Assembly (NCBI GenBank): GCA_043801585.1
Contig: JAZDLX010000184.1
Span: 10,811 to 74,810, forward strand
Source: a bacterium
Lineage (GTDB): Bacteria > Electryoneota > Electryoneia > Electryoneales > Electryoneaceae
Length of the DNA stretch: 64,000 nt
Direction of reading: 5' to 3'
Shown here: in pieces, positions 8,207 through 17,030 of the stretch
Layout of the letters: every line of letters begins with the position of its first letter
How positions within the stretch are numbered: the stretch's first letter is position 1
Program-made: the position numbers and the translations under genes
Notes under the pieces: generated by a model
The model's database searches: none
Told to the model about the DNA's origin: nothing
The model's input: only the letters and a program-made list of their open reading frames with translations

Positions 8207-9925
8207 ATGAACCGTGCCCTGGGCAAATCCCGGGTCAGATGGTCAAGGATACTGCCGCTTCTGTTAGCAGGAATGTTCCTTGCATCCGGGGTACAGGCAA
8301 AACCAAAGATGGTTTCCGGGAAGAAAGCGAAGTGGGTGGATCAACCGGAAATCATCGTCGGCGAGTCAAAGGTCGACAGAGAGGATCAGGCCCTCTCAAC
8401 CGCTAAGGCGGATGCGCTGATTCAGGCATTGGAACTGCTGGGGACACATAAAAACCTCACTGTTTTCCGTGAATACTACATCGCCAAGTTCACCGGCGCC
8501 GAAGCGGAAGCCGTTCTGGGTGATGTTGCCAGAGAGTACCTGGATCTCGTGGAAGCGAACCACACCCTGGCCTACACAGAAGTGCAGGGATGGAAAGACG
8601 GCAAGCAATCCTGGTTTGTCGGCCTCGCGGGTTACACCATCGCGGATTCAAGCCAAGCCTGGCAGAAAGCCTTTGCCGAGAAGTATCTGGCGGAAGGCCA
8701 GAAGGTAGCTGAGGCGGCAAAGAATGCAACCGCTGGCGGCGATTACTACGGTGGTCTTGCCAAGAGCGCCGAGGCGTTCATGATCTATGACGGTCTGCTC
8801 GGAGCCTTCGGCGAAGCGCACCCGGAATTCCCTCAGATCACCGATCTGCAGATGGACGCCGAGATGGAGCTTGGGATGAAACTCGACAAGCTCTCGGTCT
8901 GGCCTGTGGCGAAACGCAAGTATCTCTCGCAGGAAGACCTGCCGAAGATGCTGAACATTTCCGTCAGCTACTCCACACCGGAAGGTGCGGTCCAACTCGC
9001 CGGTGTTCCCTTCAACTGGAAGGCTGCGGATGGATTGACCGTTGCCGTGTCGGGCACTGAGCTGGTCAGCGGTGACGACGGAAAGGCGACCCTCACCCTG
9101 CAGAAGATGGAGGTCTCCGGGCCGGCTGGCATTGATATCGCACCCGTGCTCCCCCATCTGACGAGTGCTTTCATGAAATCTTTGCCATCCGCCAAGTTCG
9201 AGTTTATCGACAAGGCGAGCGGCAAGACCTTCAACGTGGATTCCGCGCCAATGGCTCTTATCGATGCGGACTCGGTCCTGCTAGGCGCGTCAAGCGATGA
9301 CCCGTTGAAACAGGATGACGAGGTTCCCGCCGTCGAAGTAAAAGTGACTCCGTTCTACATGGATGTCCACGAAGTGACCAACGCACAATACAAGGCATTC
9401 CTTGACGCTACTGGCTACAAGGGCGAATCGAGATTCAGCGATATTGGCGAGTTGAACGCCGATGATCACCCTGTCGTCGGAGTCACATTGCGCGATGCCT
9501 ACGCCTACGCTATGTGGGCGGGAAAACGTCTCCCCAGCGAAGCTGAGTGGGAGCTGGCCGCCAGCGGTCCGGAAGGTTTAGTATATCCCTGGGGAAATGG
9601 TTTTGATCCTTCCAAATGCGCAAACCAGGCAAACAGCACGACTCCGATGGCTCCGGGCACCTTCCCGGGTGACAGTCCTTATGGAATCAAGGATCTGGCT
9701 GGGAATGTCTGGGAGTGGACCGCGGATGGATACGATTGGGAAATGCTGAAGAAGCAGAGTGCCGGGATGATGTACATGTCCCCGGAGGCGAAGGACCTGC
9801 GCAGCATTCGTGGCGGCAGCTACAAGAGTGGTCCTGCCGATCTGCGTACCAGCAACAGGCTTGGGATGAACCCGGCCGCACGCACGGATGACATCGGTTT
9901 CCGCTGCGTGCGTGACGCAAACTGA
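8207..9925 (+). CDS. Secreted protein with a C-terminal formylglycine-generating-enzyme (FGE/SUMF1)-type domain
   Basis: Signal peptide (ILPLLLAGMFLASGVQA). The C-terminal ~195 aa carry VTNAQYKAFLDATGY, HPVVGVTLRDAYAYAMWAGKRLPSEAEWE, GNVWEWTAD, RGGSY and GFRCVRD. I did not recognise the N-terminal ~350 aa. I prefer the ATG at 8207 (SD GGGAGGG at 8194-8200) over the ORF-track ATG at 8186. Confidence 0.75.
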   Translation: MNRALGKSRVRWSRILPLLLAGMFLASGVQAKPKMVSGKKAKWVDQPEIIVGESKVDREDQALSTAKADALIQALELLGTHKNLTVFREYYIAKFTGAEAEAVLGDVAREYLDLVEANHTLAYTEVQGWKDGKQSWFVGLAGYTIADSSQAWQKAFAEKYLAEGQKVAEAAKNATAGGDYYGGLAKSAEAFMIYDGLLGAFGEAHPEFPQITDLQMDAEMELGMKLDKLSVWPVAKRKYLSQEDLPKMLNISVSYSTPEGAVQLAGVPFNWKAADGLTVAVSGTELVSGDDGKATLTLQKMEVSGPAGIDIAPVLPHLTSAFMKSLPSAKFEFIDKASGKTFNVDSAPMALIDADSVLLGASSDDPLKQDDEVPAVEVKVTPFYMDVHEVTNAQYKAFLDATGYKGESRFSDIGELNADDHPVVGVTLRDAYAYAMWAGKRLPSEAEWELAASGPEGLVYPWGNGFDPSKCANQANSTTPMAPGTFPGDSPYGIKDLAGNVWEWTADGYDWEMLKKQSAGMMYMSPEAKDLRSIRGGSYKSGPADLRTSNRLGMNPAARTDDIGFRCVRDAN

Positions 9926-9946
9926 CGAACCCCCACGGGAGGAAAT

Positions 9947-11266
9947 ATGGTAATTCGGATGTTACGAAAAACAAAGTCGTCATCGTGGGTTTCGCTGCTG
10001 CTGGCGGCCGGAATGCTGCTGGTATTCACTTCCTGCAGCAACGAACTCGGAAAAGGCAAGAAAGCCTACAATAAGCGCAACTACGATGAAGCGATCGCCC
10101 ACTTCAATCAGGCTGGTGGCGAGGAGGGCAAGGCATGGGCTCAGTCGGCGGATTTCGCGAAACAGATAGAGAGCGAATTGATGGCGGGAGTCCAGGCGAA
10201 ACGTACCGGCAACCTGGATGAAGCCGTCAACCATTTCCAGAAAGCCGTCGAGCTGGAAGGAAAGATTCCCCACCTCTCCAAATACCTGAAGACGAGGATG
10301 GGCGGTATCAAAATTGAGCTGACCCAGACGGTCGTCGAACAGCTCCGCAAGGCGAAGCAGGAGAAACGGTACGAAACCATACTCAAGATGAAGCCTCATG
10401 TTGGCGACTACATCACCGAGGGAGATCGATACTTCCAGGAGGTGCAGGACATCATCACCTTCGCCGAGGGCGAGATTCGCGTGATGAAAAAGGAAGAGGC
10501 GAAGGGTGACAAGCTCCTTGAGAGTGGTGACGAAAAAGGCGCCATCGAAGCCTGGCGGATGGCGATGAAGCACGCCAGCGTGGAGCATGGCAAACGCATC
10601 AGCCAGAAGTTGTACGACCTCCAGAACAAGGTTGAGGGAGGCATCCGGGGCGAGTTCGATTCCGCTATCGACAGCAGCCGCACCGCGCTGGAATCAGGCA
10701 AGTACAATCAGGCGCTGGAATCGGCGAACGCCGCCATCGAGGTGACCCAGAGGAACCCGGACATCACACTCGACGCAGGACTCGCCTACCGTTACAAGCG
10801 TCTTGCGGAAGAGAACCTCCGTGAACAGGAACTCGCTGCAGCAAAGGCACAGGCGGAGGCCGATCGCAAGAAGGCGATCGAAGAGTACATCAGGATTCAC
10901 GGCCAGCCGATGACACCCACAGTGATCGACTACAGCAAGGATAACAAGATCACCGCCAAGGGCAAAGGCAGAATCAAGAAGAACGAGCGCGGACGCTGGT
11001 ACGCCACCGCCCTGATCGATGAGGGCGCTTACCGCAAACTGTACGTCCGTGTTCCTGAAGGGTACGAGGCGATTGTCACTCGCAGTCCTGATAAGCAGGA
11101 GAAAGCGAATGATGTCGTCACCAAGACATTCATCGATCAAGGCTACATCTATTTCATAGCCGAAAACTTTACCGGCGGCCGTTTCTACATCGTCGTAACC
11201 AACCCTGAAGGCAAGAAGGGCGATTACGAGGTGGATGCCACGCTGTACCACGAACTCGACAAGTAA
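9947..11266 (+). CDS. Hypothetical lipoprotein with a helical-repeat (TPR-like) N-terminal half and a beta-rich C-terminal domain
   Basis: Lipobox LLVFTS-C-SNE. The sequence is Lys/Glu/Ala-rich and helical for ~300 aa, then a ~120-aa Tyr/Val/Thr-rich domain. The SD GGGAGGA is present and the gene starts 21 nt after the preceding gene. No catalytic motif was recognised. Confidence 0.6.
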   Translation: MVIRMLRKTKSSSWVSLLLAAGMLLVFTSCSNELGKGKKAYNKRNYDEAIAHFNQAGGEEGKAWAQSADFAKQIESELMAGVQAKRTGNLDEAVNHFQKAVELEGKIPHLSKYLKTRMGGIKIELTQTVVEQLRKAKQEKRYETILKMKPHVGDYITEGDRYFQEVQDIITFAEGEIRVMKKEEAKGDKLLESGDEKGAIEAWRMAMKHASVEHGKRISQKLYDLQNKVEGGIRGEFDSAIDSSRTALESGKYNQALESANAAIEVTQRNPDITLDAGLAYRYKRLAEENLREQELAAAKAQAEADRKKAIEEYIRIHGQPMTPTVIDYSKDNKITAKGKGRIKKNERGRWYATALIDEGAYRKLYVRVPEGYEAIVTRSPDKQEKANDVVTKTFIDQGYIYFIAENFTGGRFYIVVTNPEGKKGDYEVDATLYHELDK

Positions 11267-11330
11267 TGCGATTCGCGCCCGGGGTGGTTCCCCCACCCCG
11301 GGGCGCTGAACGAACCATGAGGATAAGCAG

Positions 11331-12896
11331 ATGAACAAGTTGATACAGCGCCGCCGCGCAACCGTCGCTCTCGCGATGACGCTCGTCGTGGCAACCCTGC
11401 TCGCTGCCGGCTGCGGGTTGCTGGGCGGGCGGAAACACGAGGTGATCGTCGCCTCGCCCAACCTGCCTGACAACCTTGTCCCGATTCTGCATCAGAACGA
11501 TGAAGCCAAGATGCTCTCCGACCTGCTCTACAACAGTCTCGCCGGATTCACGGGACGCCGGCAAAGCGAGATTGCACTGGAACTCGCGGATGCCATCGAA
11601 CAGAATCTGGAGAAAAAGGACAGCTACAAGATCCGTTTGAAAAAGGATGTCGCCTGGCACGATGGGCGGCCTTTTGACGGCCTTGACGTCCTTTACACCT
11701 GGGCCGCGATACAGAACCCAGCCAACGATTCACCCCTTCGCGGACGGTTGGGCGACATCATTACCGAACTGGATACCGTGGGAGACGTTTACACGTTGCA
11801 CTGCGCCTTCCGGGTAGCGGTCGCCCCGGATGACGCACTGTGGCTGCTCTCTTTTAAAATCCTCCCGCACATGATAAACGGTGCGGAGATGCCGACGAAC
11901 CTGGTGGAAACGGATGAAGGCCGTGCCTTCGGATCGAATCCGGTTGGAACGGGATCTTTCCGCTTTGTCCAGCGGACGTCCAACGAACTTGAGATTTCAA
12001 GCATCAATCCGGACCAGGCGATTCAGAAGGTGCTGTTCCGCCTCCAGCGTGATCCGAACCTGCGGACGCTGAACCTGATCAAGAACCGTGTGGACGTCAT
12101 CTTCAACGTCGATCCGGAAACTTACGAGCAGCTTGACAAGAAGGGACTTCCGCACAGCACCTATGCACCGAAAGCGTTCTATGCCCTGGCGTTGAACTGT
12201 TCCCGCGGCTTCACCGCCAACGAAACTTTCCGTGCGGCCCTTGCGACGGGCGTCAATCAGGTCGCTATTGCAGCAGAACTCTTCGGTGAGGACGGCAAGG
12301 ATTTCTCGATGCTGAACGCCTTTCCCGCGAACGACAATCCGCTTTACAAACGTCTCCCGCCGACCCAGGCCTTTGACGCCGAAAAGGCAAAGACTCTGGT
12401 CATCAAGAGCGGCTACAACGGTGAAGAGCTTGAGTTGATGGTCAACGAAGGCATGGGCAGTGTCGGACGTGTGACGGGACAGCGTCTCGTCGATCAGTTG
12501 AAGGAAATCGGCGTCAACGCGAAGCTTTCGGTGATCGGAACAGCCTTCCAGGCCAAACTGGTCGAAGGCCGTTACGATATGGCGCTGGTGCTCGAAGATG
12601 GTTTCGGCAGGAAATACGACCACTACGCTCTGTACTACAGCCGAGGAAGCCGCAACATCAGCCGTATCCGAAACGTTCAGTTGGATGACGTTGCCGAAAA
12701 GTGGAACAACAGCATCGTGATGGATATCAAGTTCCCGCTCACTCAGGAACTGAACACGATCCTCGGAAGACTCAACCCGTACGCTTACCTCTTCAGCTCT
12801 CCTCAGCGCGTTTATTACAGTAAAAAGCTGAGGAATGTGACGATTATTGACGAGGATGCGTTGATCAAGACACTCCCTCTGTGGAACAAGGGTTGA
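11331..12896 (+). CDS. ABC transporter substrate-binding protein, peptide/nickel (family 5, DppA/OppA-like)
   Basis: 521 aa. It has a signal/lipobox (LLAAG-C-G) and the family-5-type motif VAWHDGRPFDGLDVLYTW. It is followed by two Dpp-type permeases and the ATPase. Confidence 0.8.
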   Translation: MNKLIQRRRATVALAMTLVVATLLAAGCGLLGGRKHEVIVASPNLPDNLVPILHQNDEAKMLSDLLYNSLAGFTGRRQSEIALELADAIEQNLEKKDSYKIRLKKDVAWHDGRPFDGLDVLYTWAAIQNPANDSPLRGRLGDIITELDTVGDVYTLHCAFRVAVAPDDALWLLSFKILPHMINGAEMPTNLVETDEGRAFGSNPVGTGSFRFVQRTSNELEISSINPDQAIQKVLFRLQRDPNLRTLNLIKNRVDVIFNVDPETYEQLDKKGLPHSTYAPKAFYALALNCSRGFTANETFRAALATGVNQVAIAAELFGEDGKDFSMLNAFPANDNPLYKRLPPTQAFDAEKAKTLVIKSGYNGEELELMVNEGMGSVGRVTGQRLVDQLKEIGVNAKLSVIGTAFQAKLVEGRYDMALVLEDGFGRKYDHYALYYSRGSRNISRIRNVQLDDVAEKWNNSIVMDIKFPLTQELNTILGRLNPYAYLFSSPQRVYYSKKLRNVTIIDEDALIKTLPLWNKG

Positions 12897-13005
12897 GCTG
12901 AAGAATGTTGGTTAAACTGCAGGAATGATCCTTGTCAGGGGGAGGGCGAAGCAGCGCTCTCCCCCTTCTCCATACGCGGAGGGTTGCGTGCAAAAAAAAC
13001 GGATC

Positions 13006-13935
13006 ATGACGCTGCTGATGCTGGTGGGGAAGGCGTTACTGAAGACGGTATTCCTTGTCCTTCTTTCGACCTGGTTGACCGCTCTCGTCCTCGGGATTCT
13101 CCCTCAGCGTGAACGCAGCATGGACGTGCAACAGCAGGGACAAACGGTTGAGCAACGCTCGCAGACCGTGATGGACCGTTACGGCGATTGGCTTGTCGGG
13201 TTGCTGCACTTCGATCTGGGACATTCCGAGCACTATTTCGGCGACAAGGTGAGCAAATACGTTTTCAGCAATCTCCTGCTCACATTCTCACTCAGCCTTT
13301 TCAGTGTCATCATCAGCGCGGCGTTCGGAGTGCTGCTTGGGGTACACAGTGCCATTCGAAGTTCCTGGCGGATCCAGCCGCCGCCTGACGCGAAGCGGGA
13401 AGCCGGCTTCAACCTTTTCCGCTACACCCTGTATGTGATTAACGCCGTGCCGACCTACATCCTCGGCATCATGCTGCTGCTCATTGCGACGACCGCACCG
13501 ATGGGATTGCTGGTGATGATCAGCATGGTTCTCGGCAGCGGGATCATGATGGATTTTGCACAGATGTCCGCAAGGCTGATGGAAGAGGAGTTTCAGGAGC
13601 CCTACGTCCTGAACGCTCTCGGGCTCGGAATGAAGGCCGGAGGTGCACTGCCAAGACCGGGAACGGTAAGCTGGCACGCGTTCCGTGCCGCATCCGCGAG
13701 CCTGCTTCCGTTGATCGGCTCCAAGGTTCCCTTCATCATGGGCAACGTTCTCGTGATCGAAATGGTGTTCGAACTTCCGGGGCTTTCGGAACCGTTGCTC
13801 GGTGGATTGATCAACCAGGATCTGCCGCTGGTGCTCTCCGTGTTGCTGCTTGCGGTGCTGGTTGTGCAGGTGATCGCGGCGTTGACGGAGGTACTGGACT
13901 TTGTCATCAACCCAGGCAAACAATTCCTGATCTGA
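13006..13935 (+). CDS. ABC transporter permease (DppB/OppB-like)
   Basis: Multi-pass hydrophobic protein with the cytoplasmic-loop motif EEFQEPYVLNALGLGMK. I chose the start at ATG 13006 (MTLLMLVGKAL...); the 27 upstream codons of the ORF are non-hydrophobic and unlikely to be coding. Confidence 0.8.
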   Translation: MTLLMLVGKALLKTVFLVLLSTWLTALVLGILPQRERSMDVQQQGQTVEQRSQTVMDRYGDWLVGLLHFDLGHSEHYFGDKVSKYVFSNLLLTFSLSLFSVIISAAFGVLLGVHSAIRSSWRIQPPPDAKREAGFNLFRYTLYVINAVPTYILGIMLLLIATTAPMGLLVMISMVLGSGIMMDFAQMSARLMEEEFQEPYVLNALGLGMKAGGALPRPGTVSWHAFRAASASLLPLIGSKVPFIMGNVLVIEMVFELPGLSEPLLGGLINQDLPLVLSVLLLAVLVVQVIAALTEVLDFVINPGKQFLI

Positions 13936-13954
13936 CCTTACGGGGGAACCTATA

Positions 13955-14902
13955 GTGCTTGAAAGCTATCTCCTATCGGCCTTGAGCGCACTCGCTGTTC
14001 TGGTTCTGCTCGTCTGGCAAGTTCGTCGGCGGAACAACAGGAGCGCTATCGTGGGCCTGATCCTGCTACTGCCATTGTTGCTCAGTCCGACGATCACACT
14101 GATCGCCGGGAGCAGTCTGCAGAACGGGATCACGGAATATCGTTTCGAACGGTTCAGCCCACCCTCCGAACACGGAGCGCTGGGCACCGATGCAAGGGGG
14201 CGTGACGTCCTTCAGTCCGCCCTGGTTGGAAGTGCGAACACCTGGGCTGTGACCGCGGCCGCCCTGGTCGTCTCGGTAATCCTGGGGCTGACGTTCGGTT
14301 TGCTCGCCGCCTCCCAGCGTCACTTTGTCAGTTGGCTGGCGGGTGTGGTGATGCAGTTTTTTGAGGTCTTCCCCTTTGTCTTTTTCCTCGCGATCACACT
14401 TGCAGCGTATCGTCAGTACGGATACATCACGGATATCAAACAGAGCGCCGGATCGGCGGCTCTGTTTATCGGCTTGATGATGGGGTTGATTTCAATGCCC
14501 TATCTCGGACGGGTGGTCGAGCGTCTCGCACGGCAGGAGATGCGAAATCCCTACATCCAGACACTGCACAGCGCGGGCGTTCCCTCCTGGAAAATCCTTT
14601 GGCGGAACATCCTATTTCACAATATTTTGCCGAGCATTCTGCTTCAGATTTCACTCCTTGTGGGGGTGATCATCCTGATGAGCAGTGCGATTGATTATAT
14701 CCTCGAAATCGGCTTCGGCGATTATGGACAAACGGGCATCCTGAGCCTTGGCAAGCTGCTCGCTCATGGGCGACAGTCTGTTGTCTTTGGCGAAGGACTC
14801 TGGGCGGTGCTGACACCCGCTGTCGGCATTCTGATCAGCGTGCTGGGGAGCAGTCTTCTTGTCGAAGGGCTCACCCGGCGTCGTGTCACGGTCAAGCAGT
14901 AG
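13955..14902 (+). CDS. ABC transporter permease (DppC/OppC-like)
   Basis: GTG start preceded by GGGGGA. Multi-pass membrane protein with the loop motif NPYIQTLHSAGVPSWKILWRNILFHNILPSIL. Confidence 0.8.
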   Translation: MLESYLLSALSALAVLVLLVWQVRRRNNRSAIVGLILLLPLLLSPTITLIAGSSLQNGITEYRFERFSPPSEHGALGTDARGRDVLQSALVGSANTWAVTAAALVVSVILGLTFGLLAASQRHFVSWLAGVVMQFFEVFPFVFFLAITLAAYRQYGYITDIKQSAGSAALFIGLMMGLISMPYLGRVVERLARQEMRNPYIQTLHSAGVPSWKILWRNILFHNILPSILLQISLLVGVIILMSSAIDYILEIGFGDYGQTGILSLGKLLAHGRQSVVFGEGLWAVLTPAVGILISVLGSSLLVEGLTRRRVTVKQ

Positions 14903-14911
14903 GAGGCGGCG

Positions 14912-16585
14912 ATGACGAATGATGGCAGAGAAACCATCCAGGTGCACATCGACCGCTGCCGCGTGAGAAGATCCAAACACGTGGTGCTGCGTGACGTGCA
15001 CTTCGATTTTATTGAAGGCGACCGGTTGACCGTTCTCGGCGCCTCCGGTGCCGGAAAATCCACCCTGATGAACGCGATTCTCGGTTACCTCGATCCGTTC
15101 ACCTGGGAGATCGATGGCGAAGTTCTTTGGGGCGGCGTCGACCTGCTCAAGCTGAATCCCGTCGAGTGGGAGGAATTCCGCGGGCGGGAGTTCCGGGTTC
15201 TTTTCCAGGAACCGGCACGCATGGTCCACCCCATGTTCAAGGTGGACAGGCAAATTCTGGACGCGTACCGGATGGTCATGCCGAATATCACCGAGGAGGA
15301 GCTGGAACGCCGCATCGGCGAAATTCGCCGAGACCTGCGGATCAGCCGGACGGACGAGACGATGGGATCGTTCCCTTCCGAGGTTTCCGGTGGGCAGCTC
15401 CAGCGCATTGCCCTGGCGATCAGCCTGGGACCACCTGCTCGTTTCTATTTCGCGGATGAACCGGCGAACGCCCTCGACGCCGAAATCACCTGGGAGCTGA
15501 TCAAGGTTCTCCGGACAAAGCTGGACGGCGGCGACCTGAAAGCGCTCTGGTTGATCACCCACGACATCAACGTGTCGATCAGCGCTGGATGCACCAAGGT
15601 GCTTTTCCTTGACGATACCTTCACCGGCCATACGATGCCGATGAAACAGTTTATGGAAGATCCGGGATTCGATTACGGCCGGGACTGGTTGAACACCCAG
15701 ATGCGCATCTACGAGTCCTATCGCAGCCAGGAGCTCTCGACGGAGGTGGACCTGGAGGATGCATCGACCCTGATGATGGTCAAGGATTTCTCCTACCGGT
15801 ATCCAATCAAAGGCATCATCTACCGCAAAGGGAAACCGGTGATTTCGGATGTCTCTTTCGCTTTGAAACGGGGAGAATTCGTCGGACTCGCCGGTAACAG
15901 CGGTGCGGGGAAAACAACGATTGGCAGATGCCTGGGGCACATCCAGCACGATTTCGATGGGGAAATCATCTACGACACCGCAACCGTCAGCCGCGGCAAA
16001 CATGTCCCCACCAGCGTCCAGTACATGATGCAGGATGCTGCCCGCAGCTTCGACCCGAACCAGAAAATCTGGGAGAACCTGCGGCAATGCGCGGACGGAC
16101 GCCGTCTTGACTGGAACCTCGTGGAAAAAGAGGTGCGGATGATGATGGAGCGTCTCGGCCTCTCCGATGAGCTTCTCCACCGTTTTCCCCATGAACTCTC
16201 CGGTGGCCAGCGCCAACGGGTGGCGTTCATTCGATCGATCATGGGTCCCACGGAACTTTTTATCGCCGACGAACCGTTTGTCAATCTGGACCCGATTATT
16301 CAGCTCGAGATGTCAAAACTCCTGCGCGACAAACGCCAGGGAGAAAAACCGATGTCCGGGGTCCTCGTCAGTCATAACTTCGGTCTGCTGGCCCCACTCT
16401 GTGACAGGATCGTCGTCTTATCCGGCGGAAGACAGATTGAATCCGCTGAAACGAAAGAACTTATCTCTGCTCCACAGCAGGATGAAACGAAACGGCTGAT
16501 CCGGGCGGCGATCAAACTTGGACAAATCGCCCTCGAAGAGGACGCTGAAGCCCGTTTCCACGGATTCGAGGACTCTCAAGCGTAA
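14912..16585 (+). CDS. ABC transporter ATP-binding protein with two fused ATPase cassettes (DppD-DppF-like)
   Basis: There are two Walker A motifs (GASGAGKST, GNSGAGKTT), two signature motifs (LSGGQLQR, LSGGQRQR) and two Walker B motifs (FYFADEP, LFIADEP). The SD is AGGAGG. Confidence 0.9.
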   Translation: MTNDGRETIQVHIDRCRVRRSKHVVLRDVHFDFIEGDRLTVLGASGAGKSTLMNAILGYLDPFTWEIDGEVLWGGVDLLKLNPVEWEEFRGREFRVLFQEPARMVHPMFKVDRQILDAYRMVMPNITEEELERRIGEIRRDLRISRTDETMGSFPSEVSGGQLQRIALAISLGPPARFYFADEPANALDAEITWELIKVLRTKLDGGDLKALWLITHDINVSISAGCTKVLFLDDTFTGHTMPMKQFMEDPGFDYGRDWLNTQMRIYESYRSQELSTEVDLEDASTLMMVKDFSYRYPIKGIIYRKGKPVISDVSFALKRGEFVGLAGNSGAGKTTIGRCLGHIQHDFDGEIIYDTATVSRGKHVPTSVQYMMQDAARSFDPNQKIWENLRQCADGRRLDWNLVEKEVRMMMERLGLSDELLHRFPHELSGGQRQRVAFIRSIMGPTELFIADEPFVNLDPIIQLEMSKLLRDKRQGEKPMSGVLVSHNFGLLAPLCDRIVVLSGGRQIESAETKELISAPQQDETKRLIRAAIKLGQIALEEDAEARFHGFEDSQA

Positions 16586-16618
16586 GGAAAACCACAATAG
16601 ACCGAGACTAACACAAAC

Positions 16619-16692
16619 GCGAGCGGTGATCCGTTCCCTTCTTTTTTGTATGTTAAAAACCATGTCAGTTCTCTGACATTTCTTCCTTTTCC
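16619..16692 (+). terminator. Two tandem terminator-like hairpins after the ABC operon
   Basis: The first is GAGCGG-TGAT-CCGTTC (16621-16636) followed by CCTTCTTTTTT. The second is ATGTCAG-TTCT-CTGACAT (16662-16679) followed by TTCTTCCTTTTCC. Confidence 0.45.
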
Positions 16693-16751
16693 GCTTTCGA
16701 GGCTGACGAAGTATTTTTATTCTCTGCGTTCAGCAGCACGAGGGCGCACCG

Positions 16752-17030
16752 ATGACACAGGAAAACGAGTTTGTAACTCTCCTTCTTGGATTTGGGACGC
16801 TCATTTTTATCTTCGCCTTTCTGCCACGTCTCAAAATTCCTGCGAGGTCTGGTTGGCTTTTTCTTGCCCTTGCCGGCCAGAGCATTGCCTGGATTTTCAC
16901 GGTTCTCGAATTCTGGTTTTACCCGTATGTTTTCAATGTAATAGAACACATGGGTTATTCGATCTGCTCCATTTCCCTGTTGATCTGGGTACTGCCCTTC
17001 GCACGACCGACGAAGGAGCAGCATCAATGA
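16752..17030 (+). CDS. Small integral membrane protein (3 predicted TM helices), translationally coupled to the downstream kinase
   Basis: 92 aa and strongly hydrophobic (FVTLLLGFGTLIFIFAF, WLFLALAGQSIAWIFTVL, YSICSISLLIWVLPF). Its TGA overlaps the kinase ATG (ATGA at 17027-17030). It is in a different frame from the long ORF 16646..19231. Confidence 0.5.
   Translation: MTQENEFVTLLLGFGTLIFIFAFLPRLKIPARSGWLFLALAGQSIAWIFTVLEFWFYPYVFNVIEHMGYSICSISLLIWVLPFARPTKEQHQ

Noticed and set aside
8207-9925. Possibility that the FGE-domain protein is a diversity-generating-retroelement target
   Set aside because: FGE/C-type-lectin folds are common DGR variable proteins. However, the window has no reverse transcriptase gene and no template-repeat copy of the 3' end. 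The C-terminal region also shows no Asn/AAY-rich variable-region signature.
14651-16216. 521-aa ORF on the minus strand
   Set aside because: It is entirely antisense to the double-cassette ABC ATPase, which has unambiguous Walker and signature motifs. Its translation is Arg/Pro/His/Asp-rich with no motifs, which is typical of a GC-rich shadow ORF.
16646-17026. N-terminal 127-codon extension of the histidine kinase ORF
   Set aside because: The translation is Arg/Cys/Ser/Pro-rich and non-hydrophobic, whereas a different frame over the same DNA gives a clean 3-TM protein that ends in an ATGA overlap with the kinase Met at 17027.
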